A program made the position numbers and the translations under genes. The notes beneath the pieces were generated by a model. The model searched no databases. It saw only the letters and a list, made by a program, of their open reading frames with translations, and was not told where the DNA came from. This document shows positions 29,908 through 39,112 of a stretch of DNA of 64,000 nt, one piece after another. Source of the DNA: Oscillospiraceae bacterium (GTDB taxonomy: Bacteria > Bacillota > Clostridia > Oscillospirales > Oscillospiraceae); assembly GCA_021205095.1 (NCBI GenBank), contig JAJPYE010000007.1, positions 62,338 to 126,337 of the forward strand, in the 5' to 3' direction. Position 1 is the first letter of the stretch. The number at the start of each line of letters is the position of its first letter.

Positions 29908-30975
29908 TCAAAGTCCCCTTTCCTTCAAAATGGCCCGCACAGCGTCCAGAAAGGCGTCCATCTGCGGGCGGGAGCCGATGGTGACGCGGATGAAATTGCT
30001 TATCCGCGCCTGGTCAAAGTGGCGCACTAGGACGCCCCGCTCCTTCAGCGCCTGATACAGCGCCCCGCCGGGGATGGCCGGGCTTTGGGTGAAGATGAAG
30101 TTCGCGAGAGACGGCAGCGTCTCGAAGCCCAGAGCGGCGAGGGCCTGCGTGGTGTAGGCCCGGTTTTCCGCAATCGTCTCGCAGTTTTTCTGATAGTAGT
30201 CCCGGCTTTCGATGGCGGCGACGCCCGCGGCCTGGGTCATGCGGTTGACGTTATAGGGGTTCACGGAGTATTTCACCGTGTTCAAATCCTGGATAAGGGC
30301 GGGATTTCCCAGTCCGAAGCCCAGCCGCGCCCCTGCCAGGGAGCGGGATTTGGAGAAGGTCTGCGTCACAAGAAGATTTTCATATTTCCCCAGCAGCGGG
30401 ATGCAGCTCTCGCCCCCGAAATCCACATACGCCTCGTCAATGATAACGACGCTGTCCGGGTTCGTGCGGACGATCTCCTCGATCTGGCCGACGGAAAGGG
30501 CCATGCCCGTGGGGGCGTTGGGGTTCGGGATGACGATGTTTTCCCCCAGTCCGCAGTAATCCGCCGGGTCGATGGAAAAATCCTCCCGCAGGGGGATAAT
30601 ATGGGCCGGAACATGGTTCACATTCGCGTAGACGGGATAGAAGCCATAGGTCACATCCGGGAACGCGAAGGGGTGGCGCTCGTCCCCGAAGGCCATGAAG
30701 GAGAAGTATAAAATCTCATCCGAGCCGTTCACCGGCAGAATGTTCTCCGGCGCGAGGCCGTAAAGCCGCGCGGCGGACTTGCAAAGCTCCGTGCAGGCCG
30801 GGTCGCAGTAGAGATTCAACTGCTCCGCCTCCTGGGCGGCGGCGGAAACCACGGCGGGCGCGGGAGGGAAGGGGGACTCGTTGGTGTTCAGCTTCACATA
30901 TTGGGCGTCCCTGGGCTGCTCCCCCGGCGTATAGGCTTGCAGGGAGGCGTATTTTTCACTAAAAAAGCGGCTCAT
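29908..30975 (-). CDS. hisC: Histidinol-phosphate aminotransferase
   Basis: Class II aminotransferase with KLNTNESP and TFSKS (PLP lysine). Confidence 0.9.
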   Translation of the reverse strand: MSRFFSEKYASLQAYTPGEQPRDAQYVKLNTNESPFPPAPAVVSAAAQEAEQLNLYCDPACTELCKSAARLYGLAPENILPVNGSDEILYFSFMAFGDERHPFAFPDVTYGFYPVYANVNHVPAHIIPLREDFSIDPADYCGLGENIVIPNPNAPTGMALSVGQIEEIVRTNPDSVVIIDEAYVDFGGESCIPLLGKYENLLVTQTFSKSRSLAGARLGFGLGNPALIQDLNTVKYSVNPYNVNRMTQAAGVAAIESRDYYQKNCETIAENRAYTTQALAALGFETLPSLANFIFTQSPAIPGGALYQALKERGVLVRHFDQARISNFIRVTIGSRPQMDAFLDAVRAILKERGL

Positions 30976-30977
30976 GG

Positions 30978-32252
30978 TCAGACCTCCTCAAATCGAATCA
31001 GGGCAGAGCGGGCGTGGGCTTCCAGCCCTTCTTTTCTGGCGAAGCGGGCGATGTCGTCCTTCACCGCGGCCAGGGCCTCACGGGTGTAATAGGTGTACTG
31101 GGTGCGTTTTATGAAATCCGCGACGCCCAGCGGGCTTGAAAACCTTGCCGCGCCGCAGGTGGGCAGCGTGTGGTTCGGCCCGGCCAGATAATCCCCCAGC
31201 GCCTCCGGGCAGCTTTTGCCCAGAAACACGCTCCCGGCGTTTCGCACCAGGTCGAGATAGGGGAGCGGGTCGTCCATGCAAAGCTCCAAATGCTCCGGGG
31301 CCAGGGCGTTTGCCGCCTCCACGGCGGAGGGCAGGTCGTCCGTTACGATAATTTTTCCATTCTTTTCCAGAGACTCCCCCGCAATATCCTTCCTTGGCAG
31401 GAGGGCGAGCTGGCGGGAAAGCTCCTTTTCCACGGCCTCCGCCAGCGCCATGCTGTCCGTTATCAGCACGGCGGAGGCCAGCACGTCATGCTCCGCCTGG
31501 CTGAGAAGGTCGGCGGCGATATACGCGGGGTCGCAGGTTTCGTCCGCCACTACCAGAATCTCGCTGGGCCCGGCAATCATGTCGATGTCCACGAGACCGA
31601 ACACCTGGCGCTTTGCCTCCGCCACAAAAGCGCTGCCGGGGCCGACGATCTTGTCCACTTTCGGAACGGACTGCGTGCCATAGGCCAGCGCCGCGACGCC
31701 CTGCGCCCCGCCGGTGCGGAAAATGCGGTCAACCCCGGCGATTTTTGCGGCGGCCAGGATCGCGTTCGGCTGGCGTCCGTCCGCCCCCGGTGGCGAGACC
31801 ATAACAAGCTCGCGACACCCCGCGATTTTCGCCGGGATAGCGGTCATCAGCACGGTGGAGGGATAGGCGGCGGTGCGTCCGGGAACGCACAGGCCGACCT
31901 TTTCAATGGGCGTTATCTTCACGCCCATGAAAGACCCGTTCGGCCCCGCCATGCGAAAGCCCTGCTCCATCTGCTTTTCGTGGAAGGCGCGGATGTTGGC
32001 GGCGGCGGTCTCCAGGGTTTTGATAAAGGCGGGGTCGGTGCTTTCATAGGCCCGGTCGATTTCTTCCTGGGATACCTCCAGGCTTTCCATGTGCGCGCCG
32101 TCGAACCGGCGGGCGTAGTCAAAGAGCGCCTCGTCCCCGCGGTTGGCCACATCGTCGATGATCTCCCGCACCGTGTCGCTGACGCCGGAGGTCTCTATCG
32201 TGCGGATGAGAAGCGCAGAAAGGGGGATCTCCCCATAGCGGTATATTTTCAT
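30978..32252 (-). CDS. hisD: Histidinol dehydrogenase
   Basis: GPGSAFVAEAKR, SQAEHD, and GDYLAGPNHTLPT. The start forms ATGA with the hisG stop. The track ORF adds 15 codons. Confidence 0.95.
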   Translation of the reverse strand: MKIYRYGEIPLSALLIRTIETSGVSDTVREIIDDVANRGDEALFDYARRFDGAHMESLEVSQEEIDRAYESTDPAFIKTLETAAANIRAFHEKQMEQGFRMAGPNGSFMGVKITPIEKVGLCVPGRTAAYPSTVLMTAIPAKIAGCRELVMVSPPGADGRQPNAILAAAKIAGVDRIFRTGGAQGVAALAYGTQSVPKVDKIVGPGSAFVAEAKRQVFGLVDIDMIAGPSEILVVADETCDPAYIAADLLSQAEHDVLASAVLITDSMALAEAVEKELSRQLALLPRKDIAGESLEKNGKIIVTDDLPSAVEAANALAPEHLELCMDDPLPYLDLVRNAGSVFLGKSCPEALGDYLAGPNHTLPTCGAARFSSPLGVADFIKRTQYTYYTREALAAVKDDIARFARKEGLEAHARSALIRFEEV

Positions 32253-32896
32253 GTCGTCTCCTCCCTGTCCCGCACCAGGGCGGCGACCCTTGTGCATAGG
32301 GCGTTTATCTCGTCCCCTACAAATTTATACCGTGCCTTGTTTGCGATAAGCCGGGCGCTGATGGGGGCGATGGTCTCCAGGGGCAGAAGGCCGTTTTCCT
32401 CCAGCGTCTTGCCCGTCTCCACAATGTCCACGATCACGTCCGAGAGACCCACGATGGGGGCCAGCTCTATGGAACCGTTTAATTTAATAATGTCAATCTG
32501 GCGGCTCTGGGCGCTGTAATGGCGGCGGGCGATGTTGGGGAACTTCGTCGCCACCCGCAGCGTGCGGGCGTAATCGTCCCGGAAATCCGCCGGGCCGGCG
32601 ACGCACATCCGGCACCGGCCCATGTGCAGGTCGAGCAGCTCGTATACGTCGGGGGCGTATTCCAGCAGAATGTCCTTTCCGGCCACGCCGATGTCCGCCG
32701 CGCCGCGCTCCACATAGATGGGAACGTCCATGGGCTTTGCCCAGAAGTAGCGCACCCCGGCCCTTTCGTTTTCAAAGATAAGCCGCCGGTTCGGCTCCAG
32801 CAGGGCGGGGCAGTCGTACCCCGCAGCCTCGAATATATCATATACCTTCTCGCCCAGCCGTCCCTTTGGCAGGGCAATGTTCAGCATCTGTCCCAT
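32249..32896 (-). CDS. hisG: ATP phosphoribosyltransferase, short (HisZ-dependent) form
   Basis: LNIALPKGRL start; 215 aa, with no C-terminal regulatory domain. Confidence 0.9.
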   Translation of the reverse strand: MGQMLNIALPKGRLGEKVYDIFEAAGYDCPALLEPNRRLIFENERAGVRYFWAKPMDVPIYVERGAADIGVAGKDILLEYAPDVYELLDLHMGRCRMCVAGPADFRDDYARTLRVATKFPNIARRHYSAQSRQIDIIKLNGSIELAPIVGLSDVIVDIVETGKTLEENGLLPLETIAPISARLIANKARYKFVGDEINALCTRVAALVRDREETT

Positions 32897-32901
32897 GATT
32901 A

Positions 32902-33993
32902 TTATACCTCCCTGCCGTCCGGGCCTATGCGCCGCTTATAGGTGAGGCCACATTCTCCCGCCGGCTGCACGCGGAAGGTCTCGCCATCGGCCTCCAGTGC
33001 CTTCGCCATGGCCGCCACGGCGGCGGGGTCGTCCTCCGGCGCATAGACGAGAAGGGTGTCCACGTCGTAGGGCGCGGGGCTTGTCAGAAGCCTCTCCAGC
33101 TCGTTTAGGTATACGGCAAAGCCAATCGCTCCGCCGGTCTTTCCCATGCGGTGCAGAAGGCTGTCATACCGCCCGCCGGAGAGTACGCCGACGGAGACCC
33201 CGTCCACGAATCCCCGGAACGTCAGGCCGTTATAGTAGTCCATGTCGTTTACCACGGAGAGGTCGAGGTTTATGTGATACGTTCCGAACCCGGCGAGGAT
33301 TTTCCCCAGCGCCTCCAGCTCCTCCGCTGCCTGGCGGCTGGCGGGGGGCAGCGGCAGGGCCATGAGCTTCGGCAGCGCCTGCCCGATGGGGCCGGCCAGC
33401 CAGGTGAGCTTCCGCAGCAGCCGCTGCGTGTCGCGGGAAAGGCCAAGCGCCGCGCCGGTATCCTCCAGCGCGGGGAGATTTTTCTCTCCCATGGCGGCCA
33501 GCAGTGCCGCCCGCCCCTCCTGCGGAATGTCCAGCGAGGCGAGAAGCCCCCGCAAAATGCCCATGTGCGACAGGTCGAGTACATAGCTTGGGCTGACGGC
33601 CTCCAGGCTCCGCGCCGCCAGCATCAGCACCTCGGCCATGGCGTAATCGTCCACCGCGCCGATGCACTCAAGCCCCGTCTGCATGATCTCCTGGAAGCCC
33701 ATGCCGTTTCGCGGCACGCGGTAGACGCTCTCGCGGTAAAACACCTTCTGCGGCCCCTGGCCCTCCCGGCTGTTTTTGATGATGGAGAGAGTAATGTCCG
33801 GCTTGAGCGCCATCAGGCGGCCATTGGTGTCGCTGAAGGTGAGGATCTGTTCGCTTTCCAGAAAATTCCGATTCTGGGCGTAGAGGTCGTATTCCTCAAA
33901 CTTGCTCATGCGGTACTGCCGGTATCCATAGCGCTGGTAAAGCGCGCAAAGCGTGGCGGAGAGCCGATCCTCCGGCCTTGTGGTAGTCGTCAT
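32902..33993 (-). CDS. hisZ: ATP phosphoribosyltransferase regulatory subunit
   Basis: HisRS-paralogue pattern (YGYRQYRMSKFEEYDLY, FYRESVYR). Start at the ATG that forms ATGA with the upstream stop. The track ORF adds 68 codons. Confidence 0.85.
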   Translation of the reverse strand: MTTTTRPEDRLSATLCALYQRYGYRQYRMSKFEEYDLYAQNRNFLESEQILTFSDTNGRLMALKPDITLSIIKNSREGQGPQKVFYRESVYRVPRNGMGFQEIMQTGLECIGAVDDYAMAEVLMLAARSLEAVSPSYVLDLSHMGILRGLLASLDIPQEGRAALLAAMGEKNLPALEDTGAALGLSRDTQRLLRKLTWLAGPIGQALPKLMALPLPPASRQAAEELEALGKILAGFGTYHINLDLSVVNDMDYYNGLTFRGFVDGVSVGVLSGGRYDSLLHRMGKTGGAIGFAVYLNELERLLTSPAPYDVDTLLVYAPEDDPAAVAAMAKALEADGETFRVQPAGECGLTYKRRIGPDGREV

Positions 33994-34292
33994 TGACCGT
34001 CCTCCTTGTCTGCGTTCAGGCGCTCCAGCACGAGCTGATAGCCGCCCGCGCCGTATTCCAGGCAGCGCTTCACCCGGCTGATGGTAGCGGAGCTTGCGCC
34101 CGTCTCCTGGATGGTCTGCTGATAGGAGCGGCCCCCGGCCAGCATTTCGGCCACGGCAAGCCGCTGGGAGATGGACTGGATCTCCCGCACGGTGCATAAG
34201 TCCTCAAAATATTGATAGCACTCCTCCACGCTTTGCAGGGCGAGGATGGAGCGGAAAAGCTGGTCTGTCTCCTGGGTCTGTGGCAGAGACAT
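33990..34292 (-). CDS. TrpR-like YerC/YecD family protein (candidate histidine-operon regulator)
   Basis: A 100-aa protein. Motifs FEDLCT..E......R..VA..L....SY..I...TG.S.ATISRV.RCL.YG are typical of YerC/YecD. First gene of the his operon. Confidence 0.75.
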   Translation of the reverse strand: MSLPQTQETDQLFRSILALQSVEECYQYFEDLCTVREIQSISQRLAVAEMLAGGRSYQQTIQETGASSATISRVKRCLEYGAGGYQLVLERLNADKEDGQ

Positions 34293-34331
34293 AGTACAAA
34301 TACCTCCTGGATGTCAAATCATCTCGCTATC

Positions 34332-34360
34332 ATACTATCACGCTAAAGGAATGAAGTCAA
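34332..34360 (-). promoter_or_regulatory. Promoter of the his operon
   Basis: On the minus strand: TTGACT (34355-34360), 17 nt, TAGTAT (34332-34337). The leader is only about 35-40 nt. Confidence 0.55.
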
Positions 34361-34446
34361 CCGCGGAACGCTTATGCTCCTGCCAAAATTGATGGCCGGA
34401 ACAGCCGTTTTTTCGTGGATTCCGCACAAGGGCGGGCGTTTTGCTT

Positions 34447-34475
34447 TTGACATTCTCATAACCATATGGTATCAT
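34447..34475 (+). promoter_or_regulatory. Promoter of the secreted beta-helix-like protein gene
   Basis: TTGACA (34447-34452), 17 nt, TATCAT (34470-34475), with a TG extended -10. Confidence 0.55.
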
Positions 34476-34512
34476 GGATAAACAATCTTTATAAAGAAAC
34501 GGAGGAACGAGT

Positions 34513-36675
34513 ATGAAGTTCAAGAAAGTCCTGTCGCTGGCCCTGGTGCTGGCCATGGCCCTCTCCCTTGGCGCTGTGGGCGCGTTTGCCTCGGAAGAGG
34601 CGACGGAGGATCTGGGCGGCGGCCTGGGCACGGAGCTTATCGAGGCCGGCGTGGACGTGAGCAGCGATACTTCCGACGAGGCCACCGAGGAGCCAAAGGA
34701 CATCGTGGTCATCGAGGAAAGCTGCGAGCTGGAGGAGCTGACCGTGGGCGAGAATGAGGAGCTGCGCGGCCCCAACGGGGAGCTTGTCACCATGACCATC
34801 GACGGCGTGCAGACGGACATCGTCTCCGGCGAGAGCTACACCGGCAACATCGTCCTCACCCTGACGGACGAGGCGTACCTCAGCGGCCCCAACATGGGTT
34901 CCACCTACACCTATGAGCAGCGGGCGGCCCTCTATTATTATAATGGGGAGAAGGTGGATTCCCTCTCCGTGGATGCCGCCGTGGTGGACAACACCATCAC
35001 CTCCGAGGGAACCAACTTCAACGGCATTATGATTACCGGCGACGACGGCTCAGAGATTGACGTTTCCGACTATGAGATCAACCTCACCGGCTGGGGCGAG
35101 AACGATATGGGCGGCGTGGGCGCCGGTCTCTATGTCGTCGGCTCCGACCTGACGGCCAACATCTCCGACGTGACCATCCGCACCTACGGGGCCACCCGCA
35201 CGGCGGTATTCACCGGCGGGGACAACGTGGTGAATCTGGATAACGTCCAGGTCTACACCTATTCCGGCGATCTGCCGGAGGGTACCAGCGACCTGAACAA
35301 CATGGAGGTTCCCTGGATGCTCGGCCTTATCGGCGACTGCCGGGCCACCAACGCCTTGGGCGGCACCGCGACCACCTGGACAAATTCCGTCATTGTGGCC
35401 TATGACTGGGGCGCGCTGTCCACCGACTCCATCGGCTCCTCCTATGACGCAGGCACCCAGGTGGATGGGGGCCATGTGGAGCTGACCACCTATAACACCT
35501 ATGTAGCCACCCTGTATTCCGGCTATGGCGCGTATGCCGACGGCGGCGCCCTTGACCGCTTCTATGACAGCGCCCTGGACGTGGCGGACACCGCTGTGAT
35601 TATGACCGGCACCGGCGAGGCCACCTTTGACGGCACCTATGTGAATGCCGGGGCCAACGCCGTCATGGTTCATTCCGGCGGCGGCGGCACTATCAACGCC
35701 ATCAATTCCGAGTTCCATGTAAACGGGGTGGCGTTCCTTATTAAGGACTCCATGATGACCGTGAACATTGAAAACTCCACTGTGGCCTTCGACGGCACGG
35801 CGGAATTTGACCCGGAGCTGGCGGCCAGCTACGGTGTGGACGTGGACGACGAGATTTTCGACTATGAGACCTACGACCGGGCGCTGTATAACCAGACCAA
35901 TATCACCGCCATCGTGAAGGTGCAGCACAACGCGGACGCCGGTTCCGGCTCCGACGATGAGCAACAGGCCGTGGTTGTGAACGTGACCGACTCTGTGCTG
36001 GAGGGCGATTTCCTGAACACCTGCGCGGACGTGCTTTCCGTGACCACCACCATGATGGGTAGCGAGGTGACGAAGGAGCGGCCCTCCCGGAGCCTTGAGG
36101 TCTATGTCACCGACTCTGAGATTACCGGCGCTGTCTCCCTGGGCCAGGACACCTGGGACAGCAACATCCTGACCACCATCTCCGGCGGGGAGAACGAGTT
36201 CCAGTATGCCGCCTCCACGGAGCTGGGCTTCTACACCGACGGGGAGCATGGCCTGGAGCTGACCCTGACCGGCTCTGTCTGGAACGTGACCGAGACCAGC
36301 TATCTGACCAAGCTGGTCATTGACGAGGCTTCTGTGGTAAACGGCACCATGACTGTGGACGGCGTGGAGACCGAGATTGCCGCCGGAACCTACGAGGGCG
36401 AGATCGTGGTATCCCCCGCGGAGGCCGCCTCCGGCGAGGCCAGCGCCGAGACCGGCGCGGACAGCGTGGAAGCCGCCTATGTGGAATATCTCCACGAGTG
36501 GCTTCAGGCGGAGGACGCGGTGAACGAGACCATGACCGAGGATGTTGTGGAAAATGAGTTCATGCCCCTCATCGAGGCGGGCGACTACTACACCTTCCCG
36601 GCGGAAATGCTCTGGGGCGATATGCTGGAAACCGGCAACCCCATGACCTTTGAGGAATTTGCCGCGCAGTATTAA
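34513..36675 (+). CDS. Secreted acidic protein, probable parallel beta-helix repeat fold, unknown function
   Basis: Signal peptide MKFKKVLSLALVLAMALSLGAVGAFA. The core is rich in short G/N/T/V/D beta-strand repeats (NLTGWGENDMGG, VTIRTYGATRTAVFTGGDNVVNLDNVQVYTY). No recognisable anchor. Confidence 0.7.
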   Translation: MKFKKVLSLALVLAMALSLGAVGAFASEEATEDLGGGLGTELIEAGVDVSSDTSDEATEEPKDIVVIEESCELEELTVGENEELRGPNGELVTMTIDGVQTDIVSGESYTGNIVLTLTDEAYLSGPNMGSTYTYEQRAALYYYNGEKVDSLSVDAAVVDNTITSEGTNFNGIMITGDDGSEIDVSDYEINLTGWGENDMGGVGAGLYVVGSDLTANISDVTIRTYGATRTAVFTGGDNVVNLDNVQVYTYSGDLPEGTSDLNNMEVPWMLGLIGDCRATNALGGTATTWTNSVIVAYDWGALSTDSIGSSYDAGTQVDGGHVELTTYNTYVATLYSGYGAYADGGALDRFYDSALDVADTAVIMTGTGEATFDGTYVNAGANAVMVHSGGGGTINAINSEFHVNGVAFLIKDSMMTVNIENSTVAFDGTAEFDPELAASYGVDVDDEIFDYETYDRALYNQTNITAIVKVQHNADAGSGSDDEQQAVVVNVTDSVLEGDFLNTCADVLSVTTTMMGSEVTKERPSRSLEVYVTDSEITGAVSLGQDTWDSNILTTISGGENEFQYAASTELGFYTDGEHGLELTLTGSVWNVTETSYLTKLVIDEASVVNGTMTVDGVETEIAAGTYEGEIVVSPAEAASGEASAETGADSVEAAYVEYLHEWLQAEDAVNETMTEDVVENEFMPLIEAGDYYTFPAEMLWGDMLETGNPMTFEEFAAQY

Positions 36676-36694
36676 TCTGTATATGAACAAAAAG

Positions 36695-36730
36695 GGGGGC
36701 TGTCTCGAAAGGGACAGCCCTCTTGTTTTA
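36695..36730. terminator. Terminator between convergent genes
   Basis: A 12-bp stem (two G-U pairs) GGGGGCTGTCTC-GAAA-GGGACAGCCCTC, followed by TTGTTTTA. Confidence 0.75.
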
Positions 36731-37591
36731 TACGCCTGTTCCGTCAAAGGCGGGAGTATATGCTTCTTCCGCACTGTCAAGCTCCTGGGTATAGCCCTCC
36801 AGAAGACCCAGGGCGGTCATGTAATCGACGGCGCGGGCGTATTCCTCCGGGGTCAGGGGGCGGTCGGGGCCGCCGCGATGGTTTGGCGTGTACTGCCCCA
36901 TCAGGCTGACCAGTACGTCGCCGGGGCGGAAGGTCTCCCGGATCCAGTCCAGAACGCCGAAGGTGTTGTTTAAATACCCCGGCAGGACAAGGTGCCGTAT
37001 CATCACGCCCCGAACCAGCATACCATCCTTGTCCAATTCGTATGGCCCGGTCTGGCGGAACATCTCCTGTATGGCGGCGCTGGCCACAGCGGGATAATCC
37101 GGGGCGGCGGAGAGCTGCCTCGCTAGGGCCGCGTCCGAATACTTCATGTCCGGCAGATACACCTGCACTTTTCCCTCCAGCGTCCGAAGGGTCTGCACAG
37201 TCTCGTAGCCCGCGCTGTTCCATACCACCGGCAGGGGAGGAGAAGGATTCAGCGCTTCTGCAATGGCGGGGGTGAAGTGGGCGCCGGTGACAAGGTTCAG
37301 GTTGTGTACACCCTGGGCCTCCAGGCGGCGGAAAATATCCCGCAGATGGGGGACTGTCACCTCCTGTCCCCGGCCTTGGGCGCTGATTTCATAGTTCTGG
37401 CAGAACACGCACCGCAGGTTGCACCCGGAGAAGAACACACAGCCGCTGCCCCGCTCCCCGCTGATGCATGGCTCCTCCCAATAATGGGGGGCGGCCCGCG
37501 CAACGACAGGGTTCTGCCCCATGGCGCAAAAGCCCAGATGTCCCTTTTCCCGCTCCACTCCGCACGTGCGCGGGCATATTGTACAGGTCAT
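36728..37591 (-). CDS. Radical SAM protein, PflX/COG1313-like putative activase
   Basis: CNLRCVFCQN CxxxCxxC cluster motif. Start set at the ATG forming ATGA with the mpg stop; a GTG at 37609 is the alternative. Confidence 0.75.
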   Translation of the reverse strand: MTCTICPRTCGVEREKGHLGFCAMGQNPVVARAAPHYWEEPCISGERGSGCVFFSGCNLRCVFCQNYEISAQGRGQEVTVPHLRDIFRRLEAQGVHNLNLVTGAHFTPAIAEALNPSPPLPVVWNSAGYETVQTLRTLEGKVQVYLPDMKYSDAALARQLSAAPDYPAVASAAIQEMFRQTGPYELDKDGMLVRGVMIRHLVLPGYLNNTFGVLDWIRETFRPGDVLVSLMGQYTPNHRGGPDRPLTPEEYARAVDYMTALGLLEGYTQELDSAEEAYTPAFDGTGV

Positions 37592-38076
37592 ATGGCGGTG
37601 AACCTCCACAACCGGGCCTGATCCTCCGGGGAGGCGTAACCAATGCCAACCCGGGGCGAGGCGGTGATTTGCGGCGCGAAGCCATCCGATTCCAGGGTCA
37701 GCTCGTCCCCCAGTGGTTTGCCGTTAAGACTGCCGTCTATGGCCAGCCGCTTTGTCACCCGTCCGGGGCCGAAAACATCGTCTACGCCCCGAATCAGCAC
37801 CGCCTGGGGCATATCCTCCGGGCCGGTGACAAGATTCAGCATCCAGTGGATGCCATAGCAAAGATACACATAAATGGTTCCCGCCGGGCGGTACAGAATT
37901 TCTGTTCGCTTCGTTCGGCCCTTGTGGGCGTGGCAGGCGGTGTCTGCCTCGCCGAAATACGCCTCTGTCTCCGTGATCCGCACTCGCAGGATTTGCCCGT
38001 CCGGCAGGCGGCGCAGGAGTATCTGTCCTACCAGCTCTCTGGCCGCCTCCGGGGCGTTTTTATCCAAGGTATTCAT
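37588..38076 (-). CDS. mpg: DNA-3-methyladenine glycosylase (MPG/AAG family)
   Basis: ITETEAY....D.A.HA..G.T.R........G..YVY..YG.H...N motif block. Confidence 0.85.
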   Translation of the reverse strand: MNTLDKNAPEAARELVGQILLRRLPDGQILRVRITETEAYFGEADTACHAHKGRTKRTEILYRPAGTIYVYLCYGIHWMLNLVTGPEDMPQAVLIRGVDDVFGPGRVTKRLAIDGSLNGKPLGDELTLESDGFAPQITASPRVGIGYASPEDQARLWRFTAI

Positions 38077-39112
38077 AGGTATACCCCTCCCCGGATTCGG
38101 TAAAGCAGTTCGTCAGCCCGGCGGTGACGATGACGCGGTTGTCCTTTGTGATGATGACAAGCTCCACGTCGTCATGGCTCTCCGCGTAGTCCAGCGCCCC
38201 CTCGCTTCCCAGAACGAAAAGAGCGGTGGACAGGGCGTCGGCCCTTGTCCCGTCGCTCGTGACAACCGTCATGGACAGCAGGTCGTTGTCCACAGGACAG
38301 CCGGTCTCCGGGTTCAGAATGTGAATATAGGTCACGCCGTCCTCCTCAAAATACCGCTGATAGCCGCCGGAGGTGACAACCGCCGCCTGGCCGATGGACA
38401 GCAGCCCCACATAGGAGCCGGTGTCGTTGGGGTCAATGACGGCCACCGTCCATTGGGAGCCGTCCGGCTTGGTGTCTCCCAGGGTCTGCACGTTGCCCCC
38501 CAGGGAGACGATGGCGCTTTCCACTCCGGCCTCCGCCATAATATCCAGAATTTTTTGGGCGGTATAGCCCTTGGCCGCCGCCCCAAAGGATACCTCCATC
38601 CCCGCCGGAAGGGTGATGGTGGTGTTCTCTTCGTCCAGGGAGATGGACGCAGTGTCCATCTGGGCCAGAAGCGCGTCAAGCTCTGTCTGGGACGGCACCC
38701 GGTAGTCCCCGGAGATAAAGCCCCAGGCTTTGATAACCGGGTACAGGCCAGGATCGAGCGCTCCGCCGGTCTCCTGGAAAACGGACAGAACAGTTGACAT
38801 AATGCTGAAACAATCCTCCGATACGGCCACTGCCGCACCGGCGTTTTGGTTCAGGGCGTAGACAGACCCGCCCTCCGCCTCCGGGTCAAGGTCGGACTCC
38901 AGGGACAAAATGGCCTCCTCCGCTTCCTCCAGGGCTTCCTCAGCATTTTCGCCGTAGGCGGTGAGAATCATCACCGTGTCCATGGCGTAGACCTGCTTTT
39001 GATATTTCTCATCGCTTGAAGCGGAACTCTCGGTTGCTGCGGCGGCACAGGAGTTTGACATAATTACAATAAGAATCGCCAGCAGCAGCGGCGTCAGCTT
39101 TTTACAGTGCAT
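38060..39112 (-). CDS. apbE: FAD:protein FMN transferase (ApbE), lipoprotein
   Basis: Lipobox IMSNSC, AMDT start of the ApbE domain, and GGYQRYF-type motif. Confidence 0.85.
   Translation of the reverse strand: MHCKKLTPLLLAILIVIMSNSCAAAATESSASSDEKYQKQVYAMDTVMILTAYGENAEEALEEAEEAILSLESDLDPEAEGGSVYALNQNAGAAVAVSEDCFSIMSTVLSVFQETGGALDPGLYPVIKAWGFISGDYRVPSQTELDALLAQMDTASISLDEENTTITLPAGMEVSFGAAAKGYTAQKILDIMAEAGVESAIVSLGGNVQTLGDTKPDGSQWTVAVIDPNDTGSYVGLLSIGQAAVVTSGGYQRYFEEDGVTYIHILNPETGCPVDNDLLSMTVVTSDGTRADALSTALFVLGSEGALDYAESHDDVELVIITKDNRVIVTAGLTNCFTESGEGYTYEYLG

Noticed and set aside
35050-36780. A 576-aa ORF antisense to the secreted beta-helix-like gene
   Set aside because: Shadow ORF. The plus-strand gene has a promoter, RBS, signal peptide and terminator, while the antisense product is low-complexity G/H/V/R-rich.
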